A DNA stretch of 64,000 bases, from NCBI GenBank assembly GCA_029210015.1, contig JARGOE010000001.1, positions 5,804 through 69,803 on the forward strand, read 5' to 3'. The position numbers and the translations under genes were made by a program. Below the pieces are notes generated by a model that saw nothing but the letters and a program-made list of their open reading frames with translations, was not told the origin of the DNA and did not search any database. The first letter of the stretch is position 1. Every line of letters begins with the position of its first letter. The DNA comes from Vicingaceae bacterium (GTDB lineage Bacteria; Bacteroidota; Bacteroidia; Flavobacteriales_E; Vicingaceae). Below, one piece after another: positions 29,807 to 38,847 of the stretch.

Positions 29807-32800
29807 ATGTTAAGAAAATTAGCTGTATTTGTGGCTGTGTTGTTCGTTGCAACAACTGCAATAGCTCAACAAGGGACTATTAAAGGAAAGATGTTGGATA
29901 AAGATAATGGTGAGCCATTAGCTTTTGCAAATGTTGTATTAATGAAAGGTGGATCTCAGGTGGCTGGGACTATGACTGATTTTGATGGGAAATTTACATT
30001 CCCTGCTTTAACTCCTGGTAAATATACTGTTCAAGCTACTTATGTTGGGTATCAACCAATGCAAGTTAATGATGTTGTTGTTACAAGTGGTAAAATTACT
30101 TTTGTAAAAGATATTAAGGCATCATCTAGTGCAGAAAATATTGAGGAGTTTGTTGTTATAGATTATAAGGTTCCTTTAATTGATCCTGATCAAACTTCCT
30201 CAGGTGGGACTGTTACTGCTGAAGATATTAAAAAGATGCCAGGACGTTCTGCGGCTTCTATTGCTGCAACTGTCGGAGGTGTTTATTCTCAAGATGATGG
30301 GGGTTCCGGGCTTAGTGTTAGGGGGTCTAGAACTAGTGGTACTGATACTTATATTGATGGGATTAAAGTTAGAGGGGGATCGAATTTACCTAATTCTGCA
30401 ATCGAACAAGTTTCTGTTATTACTGGAGGTATTCCAGCTCAATTTGGTGATGCGACAGGTGGTATTGTAAATATTACTACTAAAGGTGCTTCTAAAGATT
30501 GGTTTGGTGGTATAGAGTATTTAACTTCTGGGTTTAAAACAGGTGATGATGTTGTTGGGTTGGATAAATTTGGTTTTAACCTTTTAGGATGGAGTGTTTC
30601 TGGGCCTATAATAACAAGAAAAGATTCTTTAGGAAACAAGAAAGATGCAATTGCAGGCTTCTTCTTTTCTGGTGAAGCAAAACATGAGGTAGATCCTAGA
30701 CCTTTTTATAATGGAGACATGAAAGTTAATGATGCTTTAATGTTGGAGTTAGAAGAAACTCCTTATTTACAGAATTTAGGTGAGCAAGGTGGAGTTATTA
30801 ATAGTGCTAGTTATGTTGGATTAAATGATTTAGAGGAAACACCTTTTAGATTAAATGTTGCTCGTAAATCATTAAATTTAGCAGGCAAGATAGATTTAAC
30901 AACTTCAAAAACTACTAATGTTGCTATTGGTGGTTCTTTCGATTATAGAGATGCAAATGATTATGTTAGAAATAATACAAATGCTTTTTCTTTATTTAAT
31001 TCTGCTAATAATCCTCAAAGGATAAATCAGACATGGAGAGTTTATGGTAGATTTACTCAAAGGTTTGAAAACTCAGATGATGAAGAAAATCCATCATTAA
31101 TTAAAGATGCTTTTATAACTTTTCAGGTAGATTATTCTAAAGTAAATCAAACAGTTCAAAGTGAAATACATAAAGATAATCTTTCTCATTATGGATATAT
31201 TGGAAAGTTTACTACTACAAGGACTCAAGTTTATGAGGTAGGTACCGATACTGCTTTAGTTGTTGATGCCAACGGAAATTTAACAGGAGATACTTTAAAT
31301 GGGTTCTTTTCTAATTGGGCTACATTACTTTATGATTATGAGCCTGGAACTTTAAATCCAATATTATCTAATTATACATCTAACTATTATGATGTGTATT
31401 CTAATGATCCAGAAGGTCATTGGGATAATAGAGAAAATGTACAATCTTTTGGTGGTTTGATAAATGGAGATAATCCAGGGAATGTATATGGGATGTGGTC
31501 TTCAATGGGTAGAGTGAATAATGCTTATAGTGTTAATGATCAATCTCAATTTAGAGTTTCTGGTCAAGGTAGTGCTAGTATTAAAGATCATTCATTAAAA
31601 ATTGGTTTCGAATACGAACAAAGAAATGATAATTTTTATAGTGTAGCTCCAGTTGGTTTGTGGGGATTAGGAAGGCAGTTAGTAAATACACAAATTGAAC
31701 AAAGAAGTTTTGAAGAAGGTACTTTTAGTCAAGAAATATGGATAGATGGTATTCCTGCATATCTATTCGATCAGGCATATGACCCTGATGCACACAATAC
31801 ATTCGATAAAAATTTAAGAGATGCATTAGGTATGCAAATCGATGGTACTAATTGGATTGATTTTGATTCATATGGAGCTGATGTTTGGAATATTGATATG
31901 TTTTCACCAGATGAATTAATATCTAATGGTGGTTTTGTTAATAGTTTTGGTTATGACCATACTGGTGAAAAATTATCTGGTAACCCTAGTGTAGATGATT
32001 TCTTTACTAAAACAGATGATAATGGTGATTACTTAAGAGAGAACCCTGGTTTTAAACCAATTTATGTTGCAGGTTTTATTCAAGATAAATTTGCTTTTGA
32101 TGATTTGATTTTTAATGTTGGTATACGTATAGATAGATACGATGCAAATCAATCAGTATTAAAAGATAAATACTCTATGTTTCCAGTTAAAACTTTAGGT
32201 GAAATTGAAACTGGTTCTGAGATTATACCAGATAATATCGGTGATGATTTTGTTGTTTATGTTGCAGACGCTACAAATCCTAATGCTGGTGATATTGTTG
32301 GTTATAGAGATGGTGATACTTGGTACAATAAGGAAGGTGAGTTGATAACAGATCCTTCTATTCTTAATTCATCAGGTGTACCTAATCCATGGTTAGTAGA
32401 CCCTAATGATGATCAAGTTTTTGCTGATTTAGATGGTGAATCTTTTAAGGATTTTGAGCCACAAGTTAATATTTCTCCTAGAATTGCATTCTCTTTCCCT
32501 ATATCTGATGAAGCTTTGTTTTTTGCTCATTATGATGTTTTAACTCAAAGACCTGAAAGTAACAATAGAATGGATTTAATAAGTTATTTAGGATTTGGTG
32601 CAGGTGGTACTAATATTTTTGGTGGATATTTTAATAACCCTGCGTTGAAGGCAGAACAAACTATTGATTACGAATTAGGTTTTCAACAAAAATTAGATAA
32701 CTATTCTGCATTAAAAATTTCTGCTTTCTATCGTGAAATGAGAAATCAAGTTCAATCTACTCAAGTTATTGGTGCTTACCCAGGGAATTATTTTACTTTT

Positions 32801-33550
32801 GATAATCAGGATTTCGGTACTGTAAAAGGATTTACAATAAGTTATGACTTAAGAACAAAAGGTAATGTTTCCTTACGAGCTAGTTATACATTGCAGTTTG
32901 CTGATGGTACCGGTTCAAGTACAACTACATCTCAAAACTTGGTTTCTTCAGGTAATGGTAACTTAAGAACTTTAATTCCTTTAGCTTTTGATCAAAGACA
33001 TAGAATTATTGTTGCTGGTGATTACCGATATGGAAAAGGTAAAAACTATAATGGTCCTGTAATGTTTGGAAAAGATATTTTACAAAACACAGGTTTAAAT
33101 GTTACTATGAGATCTGGTTCAGGGACTCCTTATACAAAAAGATCAAGAGTTAATGGTTCTGGTGTATTATTTACTTCAAATGGTATTAGTCCTCAAGAAG
33201 GTCAATTAAATGCATCTCGTTTACCTTTTAATACAACTGTTGATGTTAAATTAGATAGAACTATTGATTTACAATGGGGTAAAGGTGAAGGCGAAGATAG
33301 AAAAGAAGCAACTTTAAATGTTTATATACAAACATTAAATGTTTTAAATGCTGAAAACATAATTAATGTTTACGGAGCTACAGGGAATGCAAATGATGAT
33401 GGATTTTTGAATGCTGCTTACCAACAATCATATATTGTGAATCAAGCTGATGAGAATTCATTTAGAGATCAATATGCTGTAAAAGCTGAGAATGGGTTTA
33501 ATTATGCTTTACCTAGAAGAGTTAGATTAGGTGTACAATTGAACTTTTAA
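29807..33550 (+). CDS. Oversized TonB-dependent-receptor-like outer-membrane protein (CarboxypepD_reg + plug + ~1000-aa barrel)
   Basis: Signal peptide ending 'AIAQQ'. CarboxypepD_reg-like 'GTIKGKMLDKDNGEPLAFANVVL..DFDGKFTF..GKYTVQATYVGY'. Plug-like 'LSVRGSR..TYIDGIKV..IEQVSVITGGIPAQFGDATGGIVNITTK'. C-terminal '...RVRLGVQLNF' with a terminal Phe. Confidence 0.85.
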   Translation: MLRKLAVFVAVLFVATTAIAQQGTIKGKMLDKDNGEPLAFANVVLMKGGSQVAGTMTDFDGKFTFPALTPGKYTVQATYVGYQPMQVNDVVVTSGKITFVKDIKASSSAENIEEFVVIDYKVPLIDPDQTSSGGTVTAEDIKKMPGRSAASIAATVGGVYSQDDGGSGLSVRGSRTSGTDTYIDGIKVRGGSNLPNSAIEQVSVITGGIPAQFGDATGGIVNITTKGASKDWFGGIEYLTSGFKTGDDVVGLDKFGFNLLGWSVSGPIITRKDSLGNKKDAIAGFFFSGEAKHEVDPRPFYNGDMKVNDALMLELEETPYLQNLGEQGGVINSASYVGLNDLEETPFRLNVARKSLNLAGKIDLTTSKTTNVAIGGSFDYRDANDYVRNNTNAFSLFNSANNPQRINQTWRVYGRFTQRFENSDDEENPSLIKDAFITFQVDYSKVNQTVQSEIHKDNLSHYGYIGKFTTTRTQVYEVGTDTALVVDANGNLTGDTLNGFFSNWATLLYDYEPGTLNPILSNYTSNYYDVYSNDPEGHWDNRENVQSFGGLINGDNPGNVYGMWSSMGRVNNAYSVNDQSQFRVSGQGSASIKDHSLKIGFEYEQRNDNFYSVAPVGLWGLGRQLVNTQIEQRSFEEGTFSQEIWIDGIPAYLFDQAYDPDAHNTFDKNLRDALGMQIDGTNWIDFDSYGADVWNIDMFSPDELISNGGFVNSFGYDHTGEKLSGNPSVDDFFTKTDDNGDYLRENPGFKPIYVAGFIQDKFAFDDLIFNVGIRIDRYDANQSVLKDKYSMFPVKTLGEIETGSEIIPDNIGDDFVVYVADATNPNAGDIVGYRDGDTWYNKEGELITDPSILNSSGVPNPWLVDPNDDQVFADLDGESFKDFEPQVNISPRIAFSFPISDEALFFAHYDVLTQRPESNNRMDLISYLGFGAGGTNIFGGYFNNPALKAEQTIDYELGFQQKLDNYSALKISAFYREMRNQVQSTQVIGAYPGNYFTFDNQDFGTVKGFTISYDLRTKGNVSLRASYTLQFADGTGSSTTTSQNLVSSGNGNLRTLIPLAFDQRHRIIVAGDYRYGKGKNYNGPVMFGKDILQNTGLNVTMRSGSGTPYTKRSRVNGSGVLFTSNGISPQEGQLNASRLPFNTTVDVKLDRTIDLQWGKGEGEDRKEATLNVYIQTLNVLNAENIINVYGATGNANDDGFLNAAYQQSYIVNQADENSFRDQYAVKAENGFNYALPRRVRLGVQLNF

Positions 33551-33587
33551 TAAATTAAAGATAGATTAAGATAAAAATATAACTGTT

Positions 33588-36500
33588 ATGATAAAAAGAA
33601 TAGCAATAGGTTTATTAGCAATATTCACAGTAACAAGTGTTTATTCTAGAAGAGTTATGAATAATAACAGCAATGGAGGTAATAATCCTACACCAGCTGC
33701 AGGATGTGCATCAGCAACCAATATTGCAATTTTAGAACTAAATAATGTTAGAGCTAGAATTGAAGGTACTGGAGGAAGTATGTTTCAAGATAGATCAAAC
33801 AATATTGCTGATTATGAAATTCCAAAAAGAGGAAGTAGTAGTGATCCTAAGTATACATCTATTTATGCTGGAGCTTTATGGATGGGAGGAAGAGATGTTA
33901 ATGGTCAATTAAAAATTGCTGCTGTTACTTTTAGAACTTCAGGTAATGATTTTTGGCCAGGACCTTTAAATACTTCTACTGCTGAAATTGATGCAGCAAC
34001 TTGTTCTAAGTATGATAAGTCTTTTGGTGTTTCTAGAGCCATGGTAGATGAGTTTGTTGCTTGGTATCAAGCAGGTGTTGATGATGCTTTAAATAACACA
34101 ACTACTCAGCAAGATGATTTTCCAGGATACCAAATTCCTGATGCAATTTTAGATTGGCCTGCTCACGGTGATATAGGTTTAGGCCAAGATTGGCACTTAG
34201 CACCCTTTTTTGATAGAGATGGCGATGACTTTTATGACCCTAATGCAGGAGATTATCCTAAGTATGATTTAATTGGAGATATTGATTGTAGAACGACAAG
34301 AGATGTACGTCTATTTGGAGATACTACAATATGGTTTGTTTTTAATGATAAAGGAAATACACACTCTGAATCACAAGGGCCATCTATTGGAATGGAAATT
34401 AGAGGTCAAGCTTTTGCATTTGCAACAAATGATGAGGTTAATAATATGACTTTTTATAACTATGAAATGATTAACCGATCTACTTTTACATTAACTGAGA
34501 CTTATTTTGGACAATGGATTGATGCCGATTTAGGTGGTTCTACAGATGATTACGTAGGATGTGATGCTGAAAGAGGTTTAGGTTATTGTTATAATGGTGA
34601 TAATACTGATGAAGGAGGAAATGGCGTTGAAGGTTATGGTACAACTCCACCAGCTATTGGGGTTGACTTTTTTGAAGGACCTTATGCTGATAATGACGGT
34701 ATTGATAATCCGTTGACACAAAACGTTCCTGTTGCTATAGCTAATGGTGGTATACCTTACAAAGGTTTGGGTATTGGTTATGGAGATGGTATAGTTGATA
34801 ATGAGCGTTATGGAATGAAGAAATTTGTTTATTATAGTATTGGAGGTGGACAGTTTCCTGGAGATGGAGATCCGTCAAGTGCTTTAGATTACTATAACTA
34901 TTTAAGAGGAAGATGGAGACTTGGTGGTGCACAGATGGTGTGGGGTGGAAATGGTAATGGTGCCTCTTCAGGAGGAACTGTTCCTGCTGATTTAATTTTC
35001 CCTGGAGCATCTGATCCTTTATTTTGGAGTACAAAAGGAGTTCCTGCTACTCCTGCTAACTGGTCAGAGCTTGATGCTCTTGGACCTAATAATCCTAACC
35101 CAGTCGGTGATAGAAGATTTTTAGAAAGTGCAGGTCCATTTACTCTAGAACCTGGTGCTGTAAATGATTTAACTGTTGGTATTGTATGGGCAAGAGCAGT
35201 TTCTGGAGATAATTTTGAGTCAGTTAATTCTTTAAGAGTAGCTGATGATAAAGCTCAAGCTTTGTTTGATAACTGTTTTAAAATTGCTGAAGGACCAGAT
35301 GCACCAGATATTACTTTCCAAGAAATGGATAGAGAAGTAATATTATATTTAAGCAATAGACGAATATCAAATAACTACAATGAAACTTACAATCAAAAAA
35401 ATCCTTTCATTGCAATACCTGATACACTAGATGGTGTATATCAAGGTGATGATGATGATAAGGATACCTTAAAGTTTTATAAGTTTCAAGGGTATCAAAT
35501 TTATCAAGTTAAAAATGGATTAATTACTGTTCAAGAATTAGATGATCCAAATAGCGCTAGATTAGCTGCTCAAGTTGATTTAAAAGATGGGGTTACTCAG
35601 TTGGTTAATTTCACTTATGATGAAAATTTACAAGCCAATGTGCCAAAAGAGGAAGTGAATGGAGCAGATGAAGGAATTAAACATTCATTTAGATTTACAA
35701 CTGATTTGTTTTCAGAAGGTGATGCGCGATTAGTTAACCATAAAACATATTACTACATTGCTATAGCATATGGGTATAATCAATATAAGAAGTATGATCC
35801 ATTAGACCCATTAGCGTTAGACGGACAAAAAGAGCCTTATATTGCTAGTAGAAAACAGGCCGGAGGTTCAGGTATTTCTTCTTTTTCAGTAATACCACAT
35901 AACCCTGCACCAGAAGCTGGAGGAACAGTTGCTAATTCTGCATATGGTGATATGCCTCAGATTAAAAGGATAGAAGGACAAGGGAATGGTGGAAATGAAT
36001 TACAATTGACAGCAAGTTCAGAAGCATCAATAGTAGCTAATAACTTTATGGATTTCCCAACTTACCAATCAGGTCATGGACCGATTCAAGTAAAAGTTGT
36101 AGATCCATTAAATGTTAAAGCTGGTGTTTATAGAGTTCAATTTAAAGACACAGTAACAGCAGGAAGTTTGGATGATGCATTTTGGACTATTCATGTTCCA
36201 AACATTGGAAATGGAATAGATTCTATTAATGCGGACCAATTAATTACTATTGAGAATGAACAATTGTTGTTGGATTACGGAATATCATTATCAATTAAGC
36301 AAGCAGCTAAGCCTGGAGAAGAAAAAGAGTTAGGTAGTGGTGTAATTATTGGTAATGTAGAGTATGCAGATTCTACTAAGAAATGGTTAGGAGGTTTTGC
36401 TGATAGAGAAGGACAAACTGACGCTAATTGGATTAGATCTGGAAACTCTGTATTTGATGTTGGAAGCGTTGTTGATCCTTATAATGATTACGACAATGGT

Positions 36501-37646
36501 AATTTCCAAGATCCTGAATCAGATTTTGAAGGATTAGTTGATAAGACTTGGTCACCATATAGATTGGTTTCATTTGTAAAACCACCATCACCAACAACAG
36601 GAACTATGGTTGATGCTGTAGGTTTAGCATTATTAAGCGGTTCTGGGCCAAGAGGAGCAAATTTAGAAGATTTACCGTCAGTTGATATTGTATTTACATC
36701 AGATAAGAGTAAATGGAGTAGATCTATGGTTTTTGAAGCTAGAAATGATGTCGTACTTGCAGAAGGAGGAGCTAAACATCTAGAATTAAGAGCAGGAGCT
36801 AGTGTAGATAAAAATGGTAATCCAGATGGAGATGGTACTGGTATGGGATGGTTCCCAGGTTATGCTATCAACTTGGAAACAGGAGAAAGATTGAATATTG
36901 CTTTTGCTGAAGATAGCTGGTTAGCTGGTGAAAATGGTAGAGATATGAAATGGAATCCGACTTCAGTTGAGACCGGAGGTGTGAACCAAGAATTATTGAT
37001 GGGAGGAAAGCATTATGTATATGTATTTAGAAAAGCATCATCAGGTGTTTCGTTTCCAGCTTATGATGGTTGTGCAACATTACGAACTGAGTTTAATGGA
37101 GCAGATGTGAAGAAAATGTTAGCAATGAGAACATGTGCTTGGGCTGGTATTCCTATGTTAGAAGAAGGGCGTTCATTATTAGAGACAGATGCAAGAGTTA
37201 GATTACGTGTAGAGAGACCATATGAAAGCTTTGCAACAGCTTCTACTACAAATGGCGGATTACCTATGTATGAGTTTGATATGACAGGGATGGAAGTCGA
37301 AACAGGAAGTATGACAGCTATGGATTCAGTATTAGACTTAATTAATGTTGTACCAAATCCTTATTATGCTTACAGTGAATATGAAAATGATAAATTAGAT
37401 AACAGAATTAAGATTACTAATTTACCTGAAATATGTACTATATCGATTTATAATATTAGTGGAACATTGATGAGAAGATATGTGAAAGGAGATCCAAAAA
37501 CTAGTTTAGATTGGGATTTAAAGAATTTTGTAAATGTACCTGTTGCAAGTGGAGTTTATTTAATTCATGTTGATGTACCAGATGTTGGAGAAAGAACATT
37601 GAAATGGTATGGAGTTATGAAACCTACTGATTTGAACGGTTTTTAA
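33588..37646 (+). CDS. 1352-aa secreted protein of unknown function ending in a T9SS-type C-terminal sorting domain
   Basis: Signal peptide 'IAIGLLAIFTVTSVYS'. No catalytic motif recognised. The C-terminal ~95 aa, 'VVPNPYY..IKITNLPEICTISIYNISGTLMRRY..LDWDLKN..VASGVYLIHVDVP..GERTLKWYGVMK', matches the Por-secretion-tail pattern. Confidence 0.8.
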   Translation: MIKRIAIGLLAIFTVTSVYSRRVMNNNSNGGNNPTPAAGCASATNIAILELNNVRARIEGTGGSMFQDRSNNIADYEIPKRGSSSDPKYTSIYAGALWMGGRDVNGQLKIAAVTFRTSGNDFWPGPLNTSTAEIDAATCSKYDKSFGVSRAMVDEFVAWYQAGVDDALNNTTTQQDDFPGYQIPDAILDWPAHGDIGLGQDWHLAPFFDRDGDDFYDPNAGDYPKYDLIGDIDCRTTRDVRLFGDTTIWFVFNDKGNTHSESQGPSIGMEIRGQAFAFATNDEVNNMTFYNYEMINRSTFTLTETYFGQWIDADLGGSTDDYVGCDAERGLGYCYNGDNTDEGGNGVEGYGTTPPAIGVDFFEGPYADNDGIDNPLTQNVPVAIANGGIPYKGLGIGYGDGIVDNERYGMKKFVYYSIGGGQFPGDGDPSSALDYYNYLRGRWRLGGAQMVWGGNGNGASSGGTVPADLIFPGASDPLFWSTKGVPATPANWSELDALGPNNPNPVGDRRFLESAGPFTLEPGAVNDLTVGIVWARAVSGDNFESVNSLRVADDKAQALFDNCFKIAEGPDAPDITFQEMDREVILYLSNRRISNNYNETYNQKNPFIAIPDTLDGVYQGDDDDKDTLKFYKFQGYQIYQVKNGLITVQELDDPNSARLAAQVDLKDGVTQLVNFTYDENLQANVPKEEVNGADEGIKHSFRFTTDLFSEGDARLVNHKTYYYIAIAYGYNQYKKYDPLDPLALDGQKEPYIASRKQAGGSGISSFSVIPHNPAPEAGGTVANSAYGDMPQIKRIEGQGNGGNELQLTASSEASIVANNFMDFPTYQSGHGPIQVKVVDPLNVKAGVYRVQFKDTVTAGSLDDAFWTIHVPNIGNGIDSINADQLITIENEQLLLDYGISLSIKQAAKPGEEKELGSGVIIGNVEYADSTKKWLGGFADREGQTDANWIRSGNSVFDVGSVVDPYNDYDNGNFQDPESDFEGLVDKTWSPYRLVSFVKPPSPTTGTMVDAVGLALLSGSGPRGANLEDLPSVDIVFTSDKSKWSRSMVFEARNDVVLAEGGAKHLELRAGASVDKNGNPDGDGTGMGWFPGYAINLETGERLNIAFAEDSWLAGENGRDMKWNPTSVETGGVNQELLMGGKHYVYVFRKASSGVSFPAYDGCATLRTEFNGADVKKMLAMRTCAWAGIPMLEEGRSLLETDARVRLRVERPYESFATASTTNGGLPMYEFDMTGMEVETGSMTAMDSVLDLINVVPNPYYAYSEYENDKLDNRIKITNLPEICTISIYNISGTLMRRYVKGDPKTSLDWDLKNFVNVPVASGVYLIHVDVPDVGERTLKWYGVMKPTDLNGF

Positions 37647-37686
37647 ATTTAATAATAAAGATAGAATACAATATATACTTTAGAAT

Positions 37687-38769
37687 ATGAAGAAAATTAA
37701 AATATCAATCTTATTAGTAGCAGCTTGTTGTTCAGCTAATTTATTTGCTGGAAATGAAGACAGAGCTGGTGAAGCAGGTGCTTCTCAACTACTTATTAAT
37801 CCTTGGACTAGAAGTGTCGGATTTGGAGGTGCTAATACAGCTTCGGTTACCGGCCTTGAAGCTATGGGTTTAAATATTGCAGGATTAGCTTTTACTAGAA
37901 AAACAGAATTATTAGTTAACCATAAAAGATATTTGGTTGGTAGTGATGTTAGTATAAATAGTTTTGGATTCGCTCAAAAGCTAGGGGAATCTGGAGTGCT
38001 AGGGGTTTCTGTAATGAGTATGAAATTTGGAGACATTGATATAACTGAAGTTAATTTACCTGAAGGTGGTATTGGTACTTTTTCTCCTTCATATACAACA
38101 ATAGATGCAGGATATTCTAAGAAATTTTCTAATAGTATTTCTGGTGGATTAGGAGTTAGAATTATTAGTGAGTCTATTGCTAACGTATCTGCTCGTGGAT
38201 TTGCATTTGATGCTGGTGTTCGTTATGTAACAGGAGATAACGATCAAATTAAGTTTGGTATTGCTTTAAAGAATGTTGGGCCTAGTATGAAATCTTCAGG
38301 TGATGGACTTTCTTTTACTGAGATAAACGATAATAATGGTGTTGAAATTCAGTCAACACAAGATCATAGAGCTGCTGCATACCAGTTACCTTCATTATTA
38401 CATATTGGAGCTTCTTACGATTTTTATTTAGCTGCAACTACAGATAGTACAAGTAGTGAAATTTCTTCGGACCATAGAATTACAGTTGCTGCTAACTTTA
38501 CTTCAAATTCATTTACAAAAGATCAATATAGAATTGGTTTAGAGTATGGGTTTAAAAACATGTTTATGTTACGAGGTGGTTATGTGTTAGAACAAGGTAC
38601 TTGGTTTGATTCTGAAAAAAGGACTTCAGTTTATACTGGGCCTGCTTTCGGAGCTTCATTTGTTGCTCCTTTAGGTAAAAAAGGTACAACCTTTGGACTA
38701 CATTATGCATACCAAATGACTGAAAGTTTTGAAGGAACTCATAGTATTGGAATAAAATTAGATTTATAA
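37687..38769 (+). CDS. PorV/PorQ-family-like (FadL-like) outer-membrane beta-barrel
   Basis: Signal peptide. The N-terminal motif 'AGEAGASQLLINPWTRSVGFGGANTASVTGLEAMGLNIAGLAF' resembles the PorV/PorQ family signature. Alternating beta-strand pattern to the C-terminus, 360 aa. Confidence 0.65.
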   Translation: MKKIKISILLVAACCSANLFAGNEDRAGEAGASQLLINPWTRSVGFGGANTASVTGLEAMGLNIAGLAFTRKTELLVNHKRYLVGSDVSINSFGFAQKLGESGVLGVSVMSMKFGDIDITEVNLPEGGIGTFSPSYTTIDAGYSKKFSNSISGGLGVRIISESIANVSARGFAFDAGVRYVTGDNDQIKFGIALKNVGPSMKSSGDGLSFTEINDNNGVEIQSTQDHRAAAYQLPSLLHIGASYDFYLAATTDSTSSEISSDHRITVAANFTSNSFTKDQYRIGLEYGFKNMFMLRGGYVLEQGTWFDSEKRTSVYTGPAFGASFVAPLGKKGTTFGLHYAYQMTESFEGTHSIGIKLDL

Positions 38770-38798
38770 AATATTAAAACACATATTTCAAGTTTTTA

Positions 38799-38827
38799 AA
38801 GAGAACTCAAATTTGAGTTCTCTTTTT
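38799..38827 (+). terminator. Rho-independent terminator closing the outer-membrane module
   Basis: AGAGAACTCAA-A-TTGAGTTCTCT hairpin followed by TTTTT. Confidence 0.9.
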
Positions 38828-38847
38828 GGCTTTAAAAGAATTAGGTT

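Noticed and set aside
29807-37646. Reading the pair as a SusC/SusD polysaccharide utilisation locus.
   Set aside because: The gene after the receptor has no lipobox Cys and is 1352 aa, whereas SusD-like proteins are ~500-600-aa lipoproteins. No glycoside hydrolases or hybrid two-component or ECF regulators are adjacent.
33588-38769. Reading the 1352-aa gene plus the PorV-like gene as the canonical porU-porV pair.
   Set aside because: I cannot find the gingipain/C25-type PorU features or the N-terminal motifs I remember from PorU. The protein also ends in a cargo-type CTD. In addition, the pair is preceded by a TonB-dependent-like receptor, which is not part of the porU-porV locus. This needs an HMM check.
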